From an uncultured Candidatus Saccharibacteria bacterium (lineage in GTDB: Bacteria; Patescibacteriota; Minisyncoccia; Phycocordibacterales; Phycocordibacteraceae), in NCBI GenBank assembly GCA_964402535.1, contig CAYOCH010000003.1:1825-65824 (forward strand): 64,000 nucleotides of DNA. Direction: 5' to 3'. Positions within the stretch are counted from its first letter, which is position 1; every line of letters begins with the position of its first letter. A program made the position numbers and the translations under genes. The notes under the pieces are model-generated. The model saw nothing but the letters and a program-made list of their open reading frames with translations. It was not told the DNA's origin and did no database searches. Of the stretch, positions 1-9,436 are shown piece by piece.

Positions 1-160
1 CGAACTTGCGAAGCACCTCAAGAAGAATCCTAAGGATTTCCACTCTCGCCGCGGCCTCCTGCAGATGGTCGCCGACCGTCGCTCGCACCTGCGCTATCTC
101 GAGACGAACGACAAGCGCCGCTATAACGCGGTGATCAAGAAGCTCGGGTTGAAGAAATAA
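1..160 (+). CDS. rpsO: 30S ribosomal protein S15, C-terminal part (5' truncated by window edge)
   Basis: Frame 2 translates ELAKHLKKNPKDFHSRRGLLQMVADRRSHLRYLETNDKRRYNAVIKKLGLKK*, which matches the conserved S15 C-terminus; stop at 158-160. Confidence 0.85.
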   Translation, partial: ELAKHLKKNPKDFHSRRGLLQMVADRRSHLRYLETNDKRRYNAVIKKLGLKK

Positions 161-242
161 ATCCGGCCTCCTGCTGGTATCATGAAGGGGTGGCGGTTGC
201 CGCCCAGATTTAATAGGTTTTCATTTCTATAAGCATATTTTT

Positions 243-758
243 ATGGCAGTTATCAAACATCCGGCCCAGCGTGTGGGCGTATTCATCGACACGCAGAACC
301 TCTATCACAGCGCGAAGCACCTCTATAAGGCGCGCGTCAACTTTGGCAAGATCCTCGAAGAGGCGGTCGGCGGCCGCACGCTCGTGCGCGCCATCGCCTA
401 CGTGATCTCGACGGAGGGCGGTGAGGAGAAGAACTTCTTCGAGGCGCTCACCAAGATGGGCATCGAGACCAAGGTGAAGGATCTCCAGATCTTCGCCGAC
501 GGCGCGAAGAAGGCAGACTGGGACGTCGGTCTCGCGATCGACGCGGTCAAGCTCGCTCCCAAGCTCGACACGGTCGTGCTCGTGACGGGCGACGGCGACT
601 TCGTCCCGCTTATCGAGTATCTCGATATGAACATGGGCTGTCAGGTGGAGGTGATCTCATTCGGCAAGTCCTCATCGGCCAAGCTGAAGGAGGCTGCGCA
701 CGCGTTCACCGACATGTGCGACGATCCGCGCAAGTTCACCATCGCCTCGCGCGCATAA
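243..758 (+). CDS. NYN domain (LabA-like, PIN-like RNase fold) protein
   Basis: 171 aa. N-terminal VGVFIDTQNLY... and VLVTGDGDFVPLIEYL motifs are typical of the LabA/NYN family. Confidence 0.75.
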   Translation: MAVIKHPAQRVGVFIDTQNLYHSAKHLYKARVNFGKILEEAVGGRTLVRAIAYVISTEGGEEKNFFEALTKMGIETKVKDLQIFADGAKKADWDVGLAIDAVKLAPKLDTVVLVTGDGDFVPLIEYLDMNMGCQVEVISFGKSSSAKLKEAAHAFTDMCDDPRKFTIASRA

Positions 759-798
759 CGGTCACAAACCGAGGTCTGATGCGTTACACTAGGTAACG

Positions 799-1935
799 AT
801 GGACACGACGCCGACGCCGATCCCCGACGACAAGCCTGAGAAGAGTGGAGCAGGGAAGTTCATCCGCACCTTTGCGGGCGATATGGAGATCCTGAAGTCG
901 GGCGGGACGCCCGATTTCGTGCCGATGGGCGAGCACGGCAACCCGGCCGAGCGATTGGTGAGCGTCTCTCCGGTCGCCGAGACACCGCCGCCCGCGCCCG
1001 CTCCGGCGCCAGAGCCGGCACCCGACACGCTCATGCCGGAGCATAAAGAGACGCTTGTCTCGCCGCTACAGACCTACTCGGCTGATTTCGCCGATCGGGT
1101 CAAGGATACGCACGCCTCGGCGGTGACGATCCTCGCTGCCGAGCAGGACGCCGGCCCGGCGCCCGAGATGCCCGCGCCCGCACCTGTGAAGCAGCCGATG
1201 GTGAGCAACAAGTTCCTCGTGATCACGGGGCTCGTGCTGCTTATGATAGGACTCGCTGGCGCGGGTATCGCCTACGTGCGCTATCAGTCAGCGATCGCAC
1301 CGGTCGCGGTGGCGCCCACGATCACGGCACCGATCTTCGTCGACGACCGCCAGCAAGTCTCGGGAGCGGGTGACGCGCTCCTCGGCATGGTGCAGGCTTC
1401 GGTCGCGCGTCAACTGTCGGCAAACCAGGTGCGTCTTCTCTATATTGCGACTTCGGCGCCCCAGAGCGTGTTCGCGCTCCTGCCGACCGGCGCGCCGTTC
1501 GTCGTCACGCGCAACGTGCAGCCCTTGGGCAGCATGGCAGGCGTCGTGAACGTGAACGGCGCACAGAGCCTCTTTTTCATCTTATCGGTCGACTCCTACA
1601 GCAATACGTTCGCGGGCATGCTTCAGTGGGAGAACACGATGCCGCGCGATCTCGTGAAGATGTATCCGCCGTACCCGACAGACGTCTCACAAGCAAGTGC
1701 GACGACAACCGCCACGACTACCGCGAAGACTGCACCGAATGCTCCTTCTGTCACCGCCGGATTCGTTGATGCAACGGTCTCGAATCATGACGTGCGCGAA
1801 TATCTCGATGGGCAGGGCAGAGTCGTCATGGTCTACGGCTACTGGGATCAGCAGATGCTTGTCCTCGCGCGCGACGAGAGCGCATTTTCAGAGATCATCA
1901 GCCGCCTCGCGACTTCACGAGCGCAAATGCGATAG
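799..1935 (+). CDS. hypothetical membrane-anchored protein with Pro/Ala-rich N-terminal region
   Basis: 378 aa ORF with GC-rich codon usage, a PAPAPEPAP low-complexity stretch and one TM helix (FLVITGLVLLMIGLAGAGIAYV). No recognisable catalytic motif. Confidence 0.6.
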   Translation: MDTTPTPIPDDKPEKSGAGKFIRTFAGDMEILKSGGTPDFVPMGEHGNPAERLVSVSPVAETPPPAPAPAPEPAPDTLMPEHKETLVSPLQTYSADFADRVKDTHASAVTILAAEQDAGPAPEMPAPAPVKQPMVSNKFLVITGLVLLMIGLAGAGIAYVRYQSAIAPVAVAPTITAPIFVDDRQQVSGAGDALLGMVQASVARQLSANQVRLLYIATSAPQSVFALLPTGAPFVVTRNVQPLGSMAGVVNVNGAQSLFFILSVDSYSNTFAGMLQWENTMPRDLVKMYPPYPTDVSQASATTTATTTAKTAPNAPSVTAGFVDATVSNHDVREYLDGQGRVVMVYGYWDQQMLVLARDESAFSEIISRLATSRAQMR

Positions 1936-1953
1936 TCTGGTATCATACCGTTC

Positions 1954-2301
1954 ATGAAGACCGAACAATACAAGAAGAAACTCGAGGAGGAGAAGCAGAA
2001 GCTTGAGAAAGAACTTGCATCGATCGGCCGCCGCAATCCTGCGGTTCCTGATGATTGGGAGGTCGCGCCCTCTGAGATCGGCACCGAGGCCGATCTCGCT
2101 GACCAAGCTGACGTCGTGATGAATATCGAGAGCAACACGGCGATCCTCGCCGATCTCGAGGCTCGCTATGACTCGGTCATCTCGGCGCTGCACCGGATCG
2201 AGAGCCGGACCTACGGGAAGTGCGAGGTGTGCGGCGAAGAGGTCGGCGAAGCGCGGCTCACGGCCGACCCGGCCGCGACCACGTGCGTGAAGCACCTGTA
2301 A
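1954..2301 (+). CDS. DksA/TraR family C4-type zinc-finger protein
   Basis: 115 aa with an N-terminal coiled-coil (KKKLEEEKQKLEKEL) and a C-terminal C-x2-C...C-x2-H-type finger (CEVCGEEV...TCVKH), characteristic of DksA/TraR. Confidence 0.75.
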   Translation: MKTEQYKKKLEEEKQKLEKELASIGRRNPAVPDDWEVAPSEIGTEADLADQADVVMNIESNTAILADLEARYDSVISALHRIESRTYGKCEVCGEEVGEARLTADPAATTCVKHL

Positions 2302-2307
2302 TCCCGC

Positions 2308-3882
2308 ATGACAGCCGCGCGACCGACAGCACCCTCGGTTCGTAGCGCACAGCAGAAATCATTGCCGAAGGCCGGCTACGCCAAGACGCTCGCCGCGCAG
2401 CCGGTCGGCTCTGCAGCCGAGCTTGTCTCGGTCGAAGCGGATTTGACGCGCGGCCTCCACAACTTTACCGTCGTCGGGCTCGCCGACAAGGCGGTCGAAG
2501 AGGCGCGCGATCGGATCTCGGCGGCGATTCGCCACTCGGGCTACAAGCCGCCCAAGCAGCAGAACAAACGCATCGTCCTCTCGCTCTCGCCGGCAGACTT
2601 GAAGAAGGAGGGCTCGCACTACGACCTCGCGCTGGCGCTCGCGTACCTCACGGCCGCGGGCGACGTGCCAGAGCTCGCTGACGAAGCGCTCCTCATCGGC
2701 GAGCTCGCGCTCGACGGCACGCTGCGCGCGGTGAAGGGCGTGCTGCCGCAGGTGCTCGCTGCGAAGCGTCGCGGGACGAAGACCGTCTTCGTGCCGCCGG
2801 ATAATGCGCGTGAGGCGCTTCTCGCCGACGGCATCGCGGTCTTCGCTCCCGAGTCGCTCGCTGACCTGCTCGCGCACGTGAGGGGCGAGAAGAGCCTCCC
2901 GCGCCTTGCGCGCAACCGGCAGACACAGCTCCCGCCGCCGGCGCTCGACCTTGCCGATGTGAAAGGGCAGGAGAGCGCGAAGCGTGCCCTCGAGATCGCC
3001 GCCGCCGGCCGGCACAACATCGTCTTCTACGGGCCGCCCGGCACCGGCAAGACGATGCTCGCTCGTGCGCTCTCCGGCATCTTGCCGCCACTCACCGACG
3101 ACGAGATGCTCGAGGTGACGGCGATCCACTCGACGGCCGGCATCTTGGGCGGGAGCGAGGCGGTGTATTGGCCGCCCTTCCGCGCGCCGCACCACTCGAT
3201 ATCACACGTGGCGATTGTAGGTGGCGGCGCATTCCCTAAGGCTGGCGAGGTGACTTTGGCGCACAAGGGCGTACTCTTTCTTGATGAATTCCCCGAGTTC
3301 GACTCACGCACACTCGAGGCGCTGCGGCAGCCCTTGGAGGATCGCGTCGTGACGGTCTCGCGAGCGCGAGCGACCATCACCTTCCCGGCCGATTGCATGA
3401 TCGTCGCGGCGATGAACCCGGCGAACACGCTCTCCGAGGACATGCGCGTCGCGATCCGCGAAGCGCAGAAACAGGCGCGACGCATCAGCCGCCCGATCGT
3501 CGACCGCCTCGATCTCTGGATCGAGGTGCCTTTGGTGCCGCACGATACGCTCTCTAAGCTCGGGAGCGGCGAGCCGTCGGCAGAGGTGCGTAAGCGCGTC
3601 GTCACGGCGCGCACTCGTGTCGAGAAGCGCACTGGCAGGCGCGGGGCGACCAACGGCGCCCTGACCGGCCGCGAGCTCGACGAGAAGAGCGGCTTCACTG
3701 TCGCCTCTAAGGAGGCGCTCACCACTGCCGCGTCTCGCTTGAACCTCTCGCCTCGCTCGTATCACCGCACGATGCGCGTCGCGCGCACGATCGCCGACCT
3801 CGCGGGCGCAGAGGCAGTCACGCCGGCGCACATCCACGAGGCGCTCCAGTACCGTCCCCGCGGCCTGTTCGGATTCGAGTGA
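2308..3882 (+). CDS. yifB: YifB/ComM family Mg-chelatase-like AAA+ ATPase
   Basis: 524 aa. N-terminal Lon-protease-like fold ([24 protein letters not shown]), Walker [14 protein letters not shown], Walker [10 protein letters not shown] and the C-terminal ChlI-like domain. Confidence 0.85.
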   Translation: MTAARPTAPSVRSAQQKSLPKAGYAKTLAAQPVGSAAELVSVEADLTRGLHNFTVVGLADKAVEEARDRISAAIRHSGYKPPKQQNKRIVLSLSPADLKKEGSHYDLALALAYLTAAGDVPELADEALLIGELALDGTLRAVKGVLPQVLAAKRRGTKTVFVPPDNAREALLADGIAVFAPESLADLLAHVRGEKSLPRLARNRQTQLPPPALDLADVKGQESAKRALEIAAAGRHNIVFYGPPGTGKTMLARALSGILPPLTDDEMLEVTAIHSTAGILGGSEAVYWPPFRAPHHSISHVAIVGGGAFPKAGEVTLAHKGVLFLDEFPEFDSRTLEALRQPLEDRVVTVSRARATITFPADCMIVAAMNPANTLSEDMRVAIREAQKQARRISRPIVDRLDLWIEVPLVPHDTLSKLGSGEPSAEVRKRVVTARTRVEKRTGRRGATNGALTGRELDEKSGFTVASKEALTTAASRLNLSPRSYHRTMRVARTIADLAGAEAVTPAHIHEALQYRPRGLFGFE

Positions 3883-3886
3883 AAAG

Positions 3887-3913
3887 CATTTAAATTTTAA
3901 AATATTTAAATAC
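3887..3913. repeat. AT-rich imperfect palindrome ATTTAAAT-TTTAAAAT-ATTTAAAT at the left edge of a low-GC island
   Basis: Seen directly in the sequence. Related TTTAAAT/GTTTAAAC palindromes recur at 4183-4220, 4398-4412 and 15894-15917. Confidence 0.6.
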
Positions 3914-3922
3914 ATAATAAGT

Positions 3923-4393
3923 ATGGCGACGGTCGAACGGTTCGAGGACCTACTGATGTTCAAGAAGGCACGCGAATTGACGAAGGACGTATATCGCTCT
4001 CTCGCGTCGTGCAGAGATGCCGGTTTTCGCGACCAGATCCAGCGCGCATCCGTCTCGATCGTGTCGAACATCGCAGAAGGGTTCGAGAGCGGGACGAGAC
4101 AGGAATTCCTGAATTACCTGTATATCGCTAAAGCGTCAGCAGGTGAGGTGCGAGCGCAGATCTATGTCGGTCACGACATCGGCTATTTCAATATTGAAAT
4201 GTTTAAACATTTGAAGGCTCTCGCGGAGGAGTGCAGCCGCCTCGTCGCGAGCTTCGCAAAGAAGCTAAAAGCGGGAGGTAAGCTCGGCACGCAATTCAAG
4301 CACATGCCGCGTAAGGATGTCGCCCTCGAAATGCTCACCGCCGCCGGCTACGAACGTCTCCCGAACGGGCAGGTAGTCGAGAAAAAGCCTTGA
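3923..4393 (+). CDS. four-helix-bundle protein (23S rRNA intervening-sequence protein family)
   Basis: 156 aa. The FKKARELTKDVY...IVSNIAEGFESGTRQEFLNYLYIAKASAGEVRAQIYV pattern matches the TIGR02436 four-helix-bundle family. GC content is markedly lower than the flanks, which are AT-rich. Confidence 0.75.
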   Translation: MATVERFEDLLMFKKARELTKDVYRSLASCRDAGFRDQIQRASVSIVSNIAEGFESGTRQEFLNYLYIAKASAGEVRAQIYVGHDIGYFNIEMFKHLKALAEECSRLVASFAKKLKAGGKLGTQFKHMPRKDVALEMLTAAGYERLPNGQVVEKKP

Positions 4394-4481
4394 AATATTT
4401 CAATCTTTAAACATGTATATACGGCAAGCCTTGCGCACCACGTAGTGTTGCGAGGGGGAGCAGAAGCGATATGCTTGACCC

Positions 4482-4889
4482 ATGGAAAACCTTGAAAAGC
4501 CGGTCAGTCCTACAAATGCTGATGAAGGTCGCTTGGGAGAAGAAGAAGCTCGTGAACTCGCAAATATGCAACGGGCCGCAATAAATGCCGATCCGGAGAT
4601 GACGGCTAATACATTCGAGGACGGATTATTTGAGGAAACCACGGCTGCAGATTACGATAGTGCGTTGCAGGCGATCGAAGAACTCAAAAAGCTTTCGGCA
4701 GAGGAACCGGCAACTGAAAAAGTACTATCTGCGTTAGCTCGCGCTTCAGAGGTAGGCCGCTTTCTCGTGATGAATGCTATCAGCACGGGCTGGTACGGGG
4801 CATACGATTTTGAGGAGAAGATGCAGAAACTCGAGGATGCGTCAGCGAAACTTCGTGCCCTCAAGGAAAAGGCGAAGCAATATTCATAA
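4482..4889 (+). CDS. hypothetical acidic protein
   Basis: 135 aa ORF in the same low-GC island; acidic, helical-looking, no known motif. Confidence 0.45.
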   Translation: MENLEKPVSPTNADEGRLGEEEARELANMQRAAINADPEMTANTFEDGLFEETTAADYDSALQAIEELKKLSAEEPATEKVLSALARASEVGRFLVMNAISTGWYGAYDFEEKMQKLEDASAKLRALKEKAKQYS

Positions 4890-4943
4890 CAAGAGATGAG
4901 AAGCCCCGCGGCGCGAAGCGCCGCGGGGCTGTTTCATTTCGCG

Positions 4944-5942
4944 TCACTGCGGGTTGCAGACCGCGCCGAGAGAGCAGTCACGGAGGGGGTTTGCGGCGCC
5001 GCGAACCTCGAAGTGGAGGTGTGGGCCGGTCGAAAGACCCGTTGCGCCGACGTAGCCGATCGTCTGTCCGGCGAGGACGGATTGACCCGGCGAGACGATC
5101 GAACGCGACATGTGCGAGTAGAGCGTCTGCGTGCCGTTGTCGTGCGTGATCACGACGTAGTTGCCGTAGCCGCCGTTCCAGCCGCCGTTGTTGCGCGAGA
5201 TGATGACTGTGCCGTCGGCTGCGGCGCGGATCGGCGTACCGCGTGCAGCCGCGAGGTCGACGCCGTTCCAGCCATGGAGACCTTGTGTGAGAATCGCGCC
5301 GGGTAACGGATCAATGTAGTAGTCATCCTGCGCTGCTCCGCTGCCGCCCAAGTACGGCTCCTTGCCGACGCGTCTCACGGGCGTCTTGGCCTTCGGCGCT
5401 ACCGGAGAGATCTCTGCCCCCGGGATGATGATCGTCGAACCGACCGCCAAGGGCGCGGCCGGATCGAGTCCGTTGAACTGCGCGATCTCTTCTGCGTCGG
5501 CGTTGTACTTCTTGGCAATCGACTTGAGCGTGTCTCCCGCGATGATGGTGCGCTTCACGCCAGAGATCGGGAGGATGATGAGCGTATCGCCGACGCGGAC
5601 GTCATTGATACCGGAAAGATTGTTCGCCCAAATGATGGTATTCACGGAAATGTTGAACATCTTCGCGATCACCGAGAGCGTGTCGCCCGGGCGGACCACA
5701 TAGACGGAGATGCGGTCGGACTGCGTCGTGCCGACGATATCGGCCGTCGTGCCGGCGGGGCCAGAGTTGGCTACAAGCGCGTTGTCGCTCGAGGTCTGGA
5801 CGGCGCCGATGCCCTTGTCCGGGTTCGGATCCATATTGATCGCCGCGGCAAGGACCGGAGTGGCCGAGGCTGGCACGGAGGCGGCCACCGCCGCGTCGGC
5901 GTTAGACGAAAAAGGCCAAAACGCGTGGGCGCGCTTCGGCAT
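4944..5942 (-). CDS. M23 family metallopeptidase with two LysM domains
   Basis: Two LysM repeats (YVVRPGDTLSVIAKMFNISVNTIIWANNL; DTLKSIAKKYNADAEEIAQFNGL) and a C-terminal M23 domain (HxxxD...HLHFEVR). An in-frame upstream stretch encodes a TM segment but has no ATG/GTG/TTG, so the true start is uncertain. Confidence 0.85.
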   Translation of the reverse strand: MPKRAHAFWPFSSNADAAVAASVPASATPVLAAAINMDPNPDKGIGAVQTSSDNALVANSGPAGTTADIVGTTQSDRISVYVVRPGDTLSVIAKMFNISVNTIIWANNLSGINDVRVGDTLIILPISGVKRTIIAGDTLKSIAKKYNADAEEIAQFNGLDPAAPLAVGSTIIIPGAEISPVAPKAKTPVRRVGKEPYLGGSGAAQDDYYIDPLPGAILTQGLHGWNGVDLAAARGTPIRAAADGTVIISRNNGGWNGGYGNYVVITHDNGTQTLYSHMSRSIVSPGQSVLAGQTIGYVGATGLSTGPHLHFEVRGAANPLRDCSLGAVCNPQ

Positions 5943-6223
5943 AAAAGAGACCGCGACCGTGATGATCGCAAAGCCGAGTGCAAGCAGGGCGAACTGGCCG
6001 GCTACTTGGTATGTATCCAGGCTCGATCCTTTCGGCTCGGAGCCTGAAACCTGATGGTTGATTTCGATAGGGTAACGGGGCGATTCAGTCGTGCTTCCTA
6101 ATACAAAAATGGCTTACATAAGCCATTTCTTGCGTACTTCCATATCAGCTATACCTCGAGTATATCCAACGAGGTCGCCCCGTCAATGAGGGCTCCCGAT
6201 GCCTGTGGAGAACGCATTTTAGG

Positions 6224-6292
6224 GTACACCCAGCACTAAAATTGCTCAATTTTACGTTGTGCACTTTGCGGAGCGGTTTAGTGCTGGGTATA
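6224..6292. promoter_or_regulatory. long-range inverted repeat in the helicase leader
   Basis: TACACCCAGCACTAAA at 6224-6239 pairs with TTTAGTGCTGGGTATA at 6277-6292 (15/16 complementary, 37-nt loop); the right arm overlaps a TATATT -10-like box. Confidence 0.4.
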
Positions 6293-6300
6293 TTTGGACA

Positions 6301-8235
6301 GTGAAATACCTCGACGGGTTGAATGATGCGCAAAAAAGGGCGGTTCTCGCCAAAGACGGACCGATTTCTGTCTTGGCGGGCGCCGGGAGCGGCAAAACGC
6401 GCGTCCTCACGACCCGGATCTACCACCTGATCCGCGAGGGGGTCGCGCCGCGGGAGATAGTAGCCGTCACCTTCACCAACAAGGCCGCCCGCGAGATGCG
6501 CGAGCGCGTCCGCGCTATGCTTTCTGCTCCGCACGAGGATACACAGAACGAGCGGCGAGATGGATTAATGCCGTTCATCGCCACCTTTCACGGGCTCGGG
6601 CGCGAACTCCTCGAGAGCTACGGGTCAGTGATGGACATCCCGCGCTACTTCAGCGTCTACGACCGCGACGACTCTGAGAAGGCGATCGCGACCGCTTTGA
6701 AAGCTCTCGATGTTGACGCAAAGGAGCTCTCCCCGCGCGCCGTGCTCGGCCGCATCTCGCGGGCGAAGGGCGAGGGGATGACCGCGCAGGAGTTCTCCGA
6801 ACGCTACGGCCGCTCGAGCTTCGGGGGGCGCATCGCGGCGGAGGCGTGGCTCCGCTACGACAAGGTCTTGAAGGCCGAGAAGGCGCTCGACTTCGACGAC
6901 TTGATCGCGCTGCCGCTCCGGATGCTTGAGGAACACGCGGAGGTGCGCGAGGCCGCGCAGAACCGCTGGCACTACATCCATATCGACGAATATCAAGACA
7001 CGAACGCGCTCCAGGGCCGTCTTGCGAACTTGCTCGCCGCGAAGCACAAGAACCTCTTCGTCGTCGGCGACATCGACCAGACGATTTATACCTGGCGCGG
7101 CGCGACGATCGAGAACCTGCTCGAGTTCGACAAGAACTATCCGGAGGCTCAGACGATCATTCTTGAGCAGAACTACCGTTCGACGAAGAATTTGGTCGAC
7201 GCTGCGAACGCGGTGATCGAGAAGAACAAGAACCGCAAGGAGAAGCGCTCGACGACCGAGCAGGGCCGCGGCGAACCGATCAGCATCCATATCGCGCTCT
7301 CGGCAGAGGACGAGGCGCGCTGGATCGCGCTTAAGATCCGCGAGTTGATGCGGCAAGGGACGAAGCCAGAGGATATCGCGATCCTCTTTCGCACCAACTT
7401 CCAGTCGCGAGCGCTCGAGGAGGGGCTCCTGCATGCCGGTGTTCCGTACAAGCTCCTCGGCACGCACTTCTTCGCGCGCAAGGAGGTGAAGGATGCGCTC
7501 GCGTGGGTGCGCCTCGCGATGGATCCGTCGCGTGAACAGGACAAGATCCGCGCGGCCGCAGCGCCCGCGCGCGGGATCGGCAAGGTCACGCTCGGCAAGC
7601 TTGCGGCGGGTGACCGTGCGGCGCTTCGTGCTGGAGAGCTCGCGAAGGTCGAGGCGTTCGAACGCATTGTCGCCGAACTTGCAGCAGCGACTGAGCAGCT
7701 CGCGCCATCGGAGTTCGTGAAGCTCGTGATCGAGAAGAGCGGCATGCGCCGCGTGCTCCTTGACGAGGGTTCGGCAGAGGACCGAGAGCGCTTTGAGAAC
7801 GTCGAGGAGCTCGCCTCGGTCGCCGCGCGCTACGATGCGACGCCGGGGAAGGGCGGCATCGCCGCTTTCCTCGCCGAGGCGGCGCTCGCGAGCGATCAGG
7901 ACGAGCTCGATCAAGGCGAGAAGACGGGTGTGACGCTCATGACGGTGCATGCCGCGAAAGGGCTCGAGTTCGGCACGGTGTTCGTCGCCGGCATGGAGGA
8001 AGGGCTCTTCCCCCACCAGGGGATGGGCAACGACGCCGACCGCGACGAAGAGGAGGAGCGGCGGCTCTTCTATGTCGCGATGACGCGCGCCAAAGCGCGG
8101 CTCTATCTCACGCTCGCGCGCGTGCGCAAGATCTACGGCACCGACTACGTCTCTGACCCGTCGTCGTTCATCGCCGATATCGACTCGTCGCTCTTGCTCT
8201 ATGATGAGACCGAAGGCTATGTCATCAACTATTAA
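6301..8235 (+). CDS. pcrA: ATP-dependent DNA helicase, UvrD/PcrA/Rep family
   Basis: Motifs AGAGSGKTRVLTTRI (Walker A), TFTNKAAREMRERV, DEYQDTN and VHAAKGLEF. The GTG at 6301 gives MKYLDGLNDAQKRAV, matching the PcrA N-terminus; the longest ORF starts at GTG 6259. Confidence 0.9.
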   Translation: MKYLDGLNDAQKRAVLAKDGPISVLAGAGSGKTRVLTTRIYHLIREGVAPREIVAVTFTNKAAREMRERVRAMLSAPHEDTQNERRDGLMPFIATFHGLGRELLESYGSVMDIPRYFSVYDRDDSEKAIATALKALDVDAKELSPRAVLGRISRAKGEGMTAQEFSERYGRSSFGGRIAAEAWLRYDKVLKAEKALDFDDLIALPLRMLEEHAEVREAAQNRWHYIHIDEYQDTNALQGRLANLLAAKHKNLFVVGDIDQTIYTWRGATIENLLEFDKNYPEAQTIILEQNYRSTKNLVDAANAVIEKNKNRKEKRSTTEQGRGEPISIHIALSAEDEARWIALKIRELMRQGTKPEDIAILFRTNFQSRALEEGLLHAGVPYKLLGTHFFARKEVKDALAWVRLAMDPSREQDKIRAAAAPARGIGKVTLGKLAAGDRAALRAGELAKVEAFERIVAELAAATEQLAPSEFVKLVIEKSGMRRVLLDEGSAEDRERFENVEELASVAARYDATPGKGGIAAFLAEAALASDQDELDQGEKTGVTLMTVHAAKGLEFGTVFVAGMEEGLFPHQGMGNDADRDEEEERRLFYVAMTRAKARLYLTLARVRKIYGTDYVSDPSSFIADIDSSLLLYDETEGYVINY

Positions 8236-9013
8236 AGCGAACCCTTCAACTCCGTTCAGGGCGAGAAAATCGTTGGGGCAGAATTTCCTGATGCATGCGC
8301 GGATCGCGGAGCGGATCGCGAAGGCCGCGGCGCTTCCGGCAGACGCGACCGTGTTCGAGATCGGTCCCGGCACGGGGATGCTCACCCGCGAGCTCCTGGA
8401 CGTCACGAAGAAGGTGATCGCCCTCGAGGCGGATGGCGAGCTCTATGCCCAACTGCGCGAGACGTTCGCCGACGAGATCGCGCACAAACGCCTCGAACTT
8501 ATTCACGGCGACATTCGCAGCTATCCACTAACTTTCACGGCCGTTAGGAATAGTGGATACCATGTTGTGGCGAACATCCCGTATTACCTCACCGGCGAAA
8601 TCTTTCGGATGCTTCTCGCTGCACGGCATCAGCCGCGCTCGATGACGCTCTTGGTGCAGAAAGAGGTTGCCGAGCGTGTCGCACGGTCGAAAAAAGAAAG
8701 CATTCTCTCGCTGTCAGTAAAAGCATTCGGCGTACCGACGTACGAATTCACCGTCCCGCGAGGCGCGTTCAGACCTGCGCCGAAGGTAGACTCGGCCGTC
8801 CTCTCTATACGCGACATTTCTCGCGCTGCCTTCACGAAGAAGGGGAGCGAGGAGCGCTTTTTCACGCTGCTGCATGCGGCGTTCGCGCACAAGCGCAAAT
8901 TCGTGCGCAATAACTTGGCCGAAGCAGGACTCGATGCCGGCGTTATCCCAGAAAAAGCGCGAGCAGAGGATGTCCCGCTCGCAGTGTGGCTCAAACTTTC
9001 AAGCGAGCATTAG
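8219..9013 (+). CDS. rsmA: 16S rRNA (adenine1518/1519-N6)-dimethyltransferase RsmA/KsgA
   Basis: SLGQNFL, EIGPGTGMLT and NIPY motifs. The ATG at 8219 overlaps the helicase stop; the longest ORF starts at 8201. Confidence 0.88.
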   Translation: MSSTIKANPSTPFRARKSLGQNFLMHARIAERIAKAAALPADATVFEIGPGTGMLTRELLDVTKKVIALEADGELYAQLRETFADEIAHKRLELIHGDIRSYPLTFTAVRNSGYHVVANIPYYLTGEIFRMLLAARHQPRSMTLLVQKEVAERVARSKKESILSLSVKAFGVPTYEFTVPRGAFRPAPKVDSAVLSIRDISRAAFTKKGSEERFFTLLHAAFAHKRKFVRNNLAEAGLDAGVIPEKARAEDVPLAVWLKLSSEH

Positions 9014-9396
9014 ATGCTCGTGCCGTAAAACCACGCCGAGGCGGGTACGGTAAAGCCTGTGTTCGGGCTCGTGAGGCAGAATGCCGGCGCCGAATAGCGC
9101 ATCCCTAGCACGCTCTGACCCGGATGCGACATAATATAGAAGAGGAATGGCGACGGATACACGGCAACGTCGATCGGGAACCCGAATGGCGCAAGTGCGA
9201 TGGTCGCAGTCACGAACCCGACGCCGAGACAGGGCCGGATCGCCACCACTTTTCCACCGAACGGCGCGACGAAGGTGTCGGCGCCGGTCGACCCTTCCGC
9301 CCAATCGCTCGCGTGAGCGACTGGATCGGTCGTGACCAAGAAAGAGGTACCGAGAAGGAGGATTGCAGTGAAGAAAACAATAAGAACAGTGCGCAT
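9010..9396 (-). CDS. small secreted/membrane protein (hypothetical)
   Basis: 128 aa with a convincing N-terminal signal peptide (MRTVLIVFFTAILLLGTSFLVTTDPVAHA); sits in a lower-GC patch and ends convergently with rsmA. Confidence 0.4.
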   Translation of the reverse strand: MRTVLIVFFTAILLLGTSFLVTTDPVAHASDWAEGSTGADTFVAPFGGKVVAIRPCLGVGFVTATIALAPFGFPIDVAVYPSPFLFYIMSHPGQSVLGMRYSAPAFCLTSPNTGFTVPASAWFYGTSI

Positions 9397-9436
9397 AGGG
9401 TCATAGTAGCACGCAGCTGCTATACTTTATAGCGAT

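Noticed and set aside
6625-8406. 593-aa minus-strand ORF
   Set aside because: Entirely antisense to the UvrD/PcrA helicase gene. Arg/Ala/Asp-rich translation typical of GC-rich antisense frames; no motifs.
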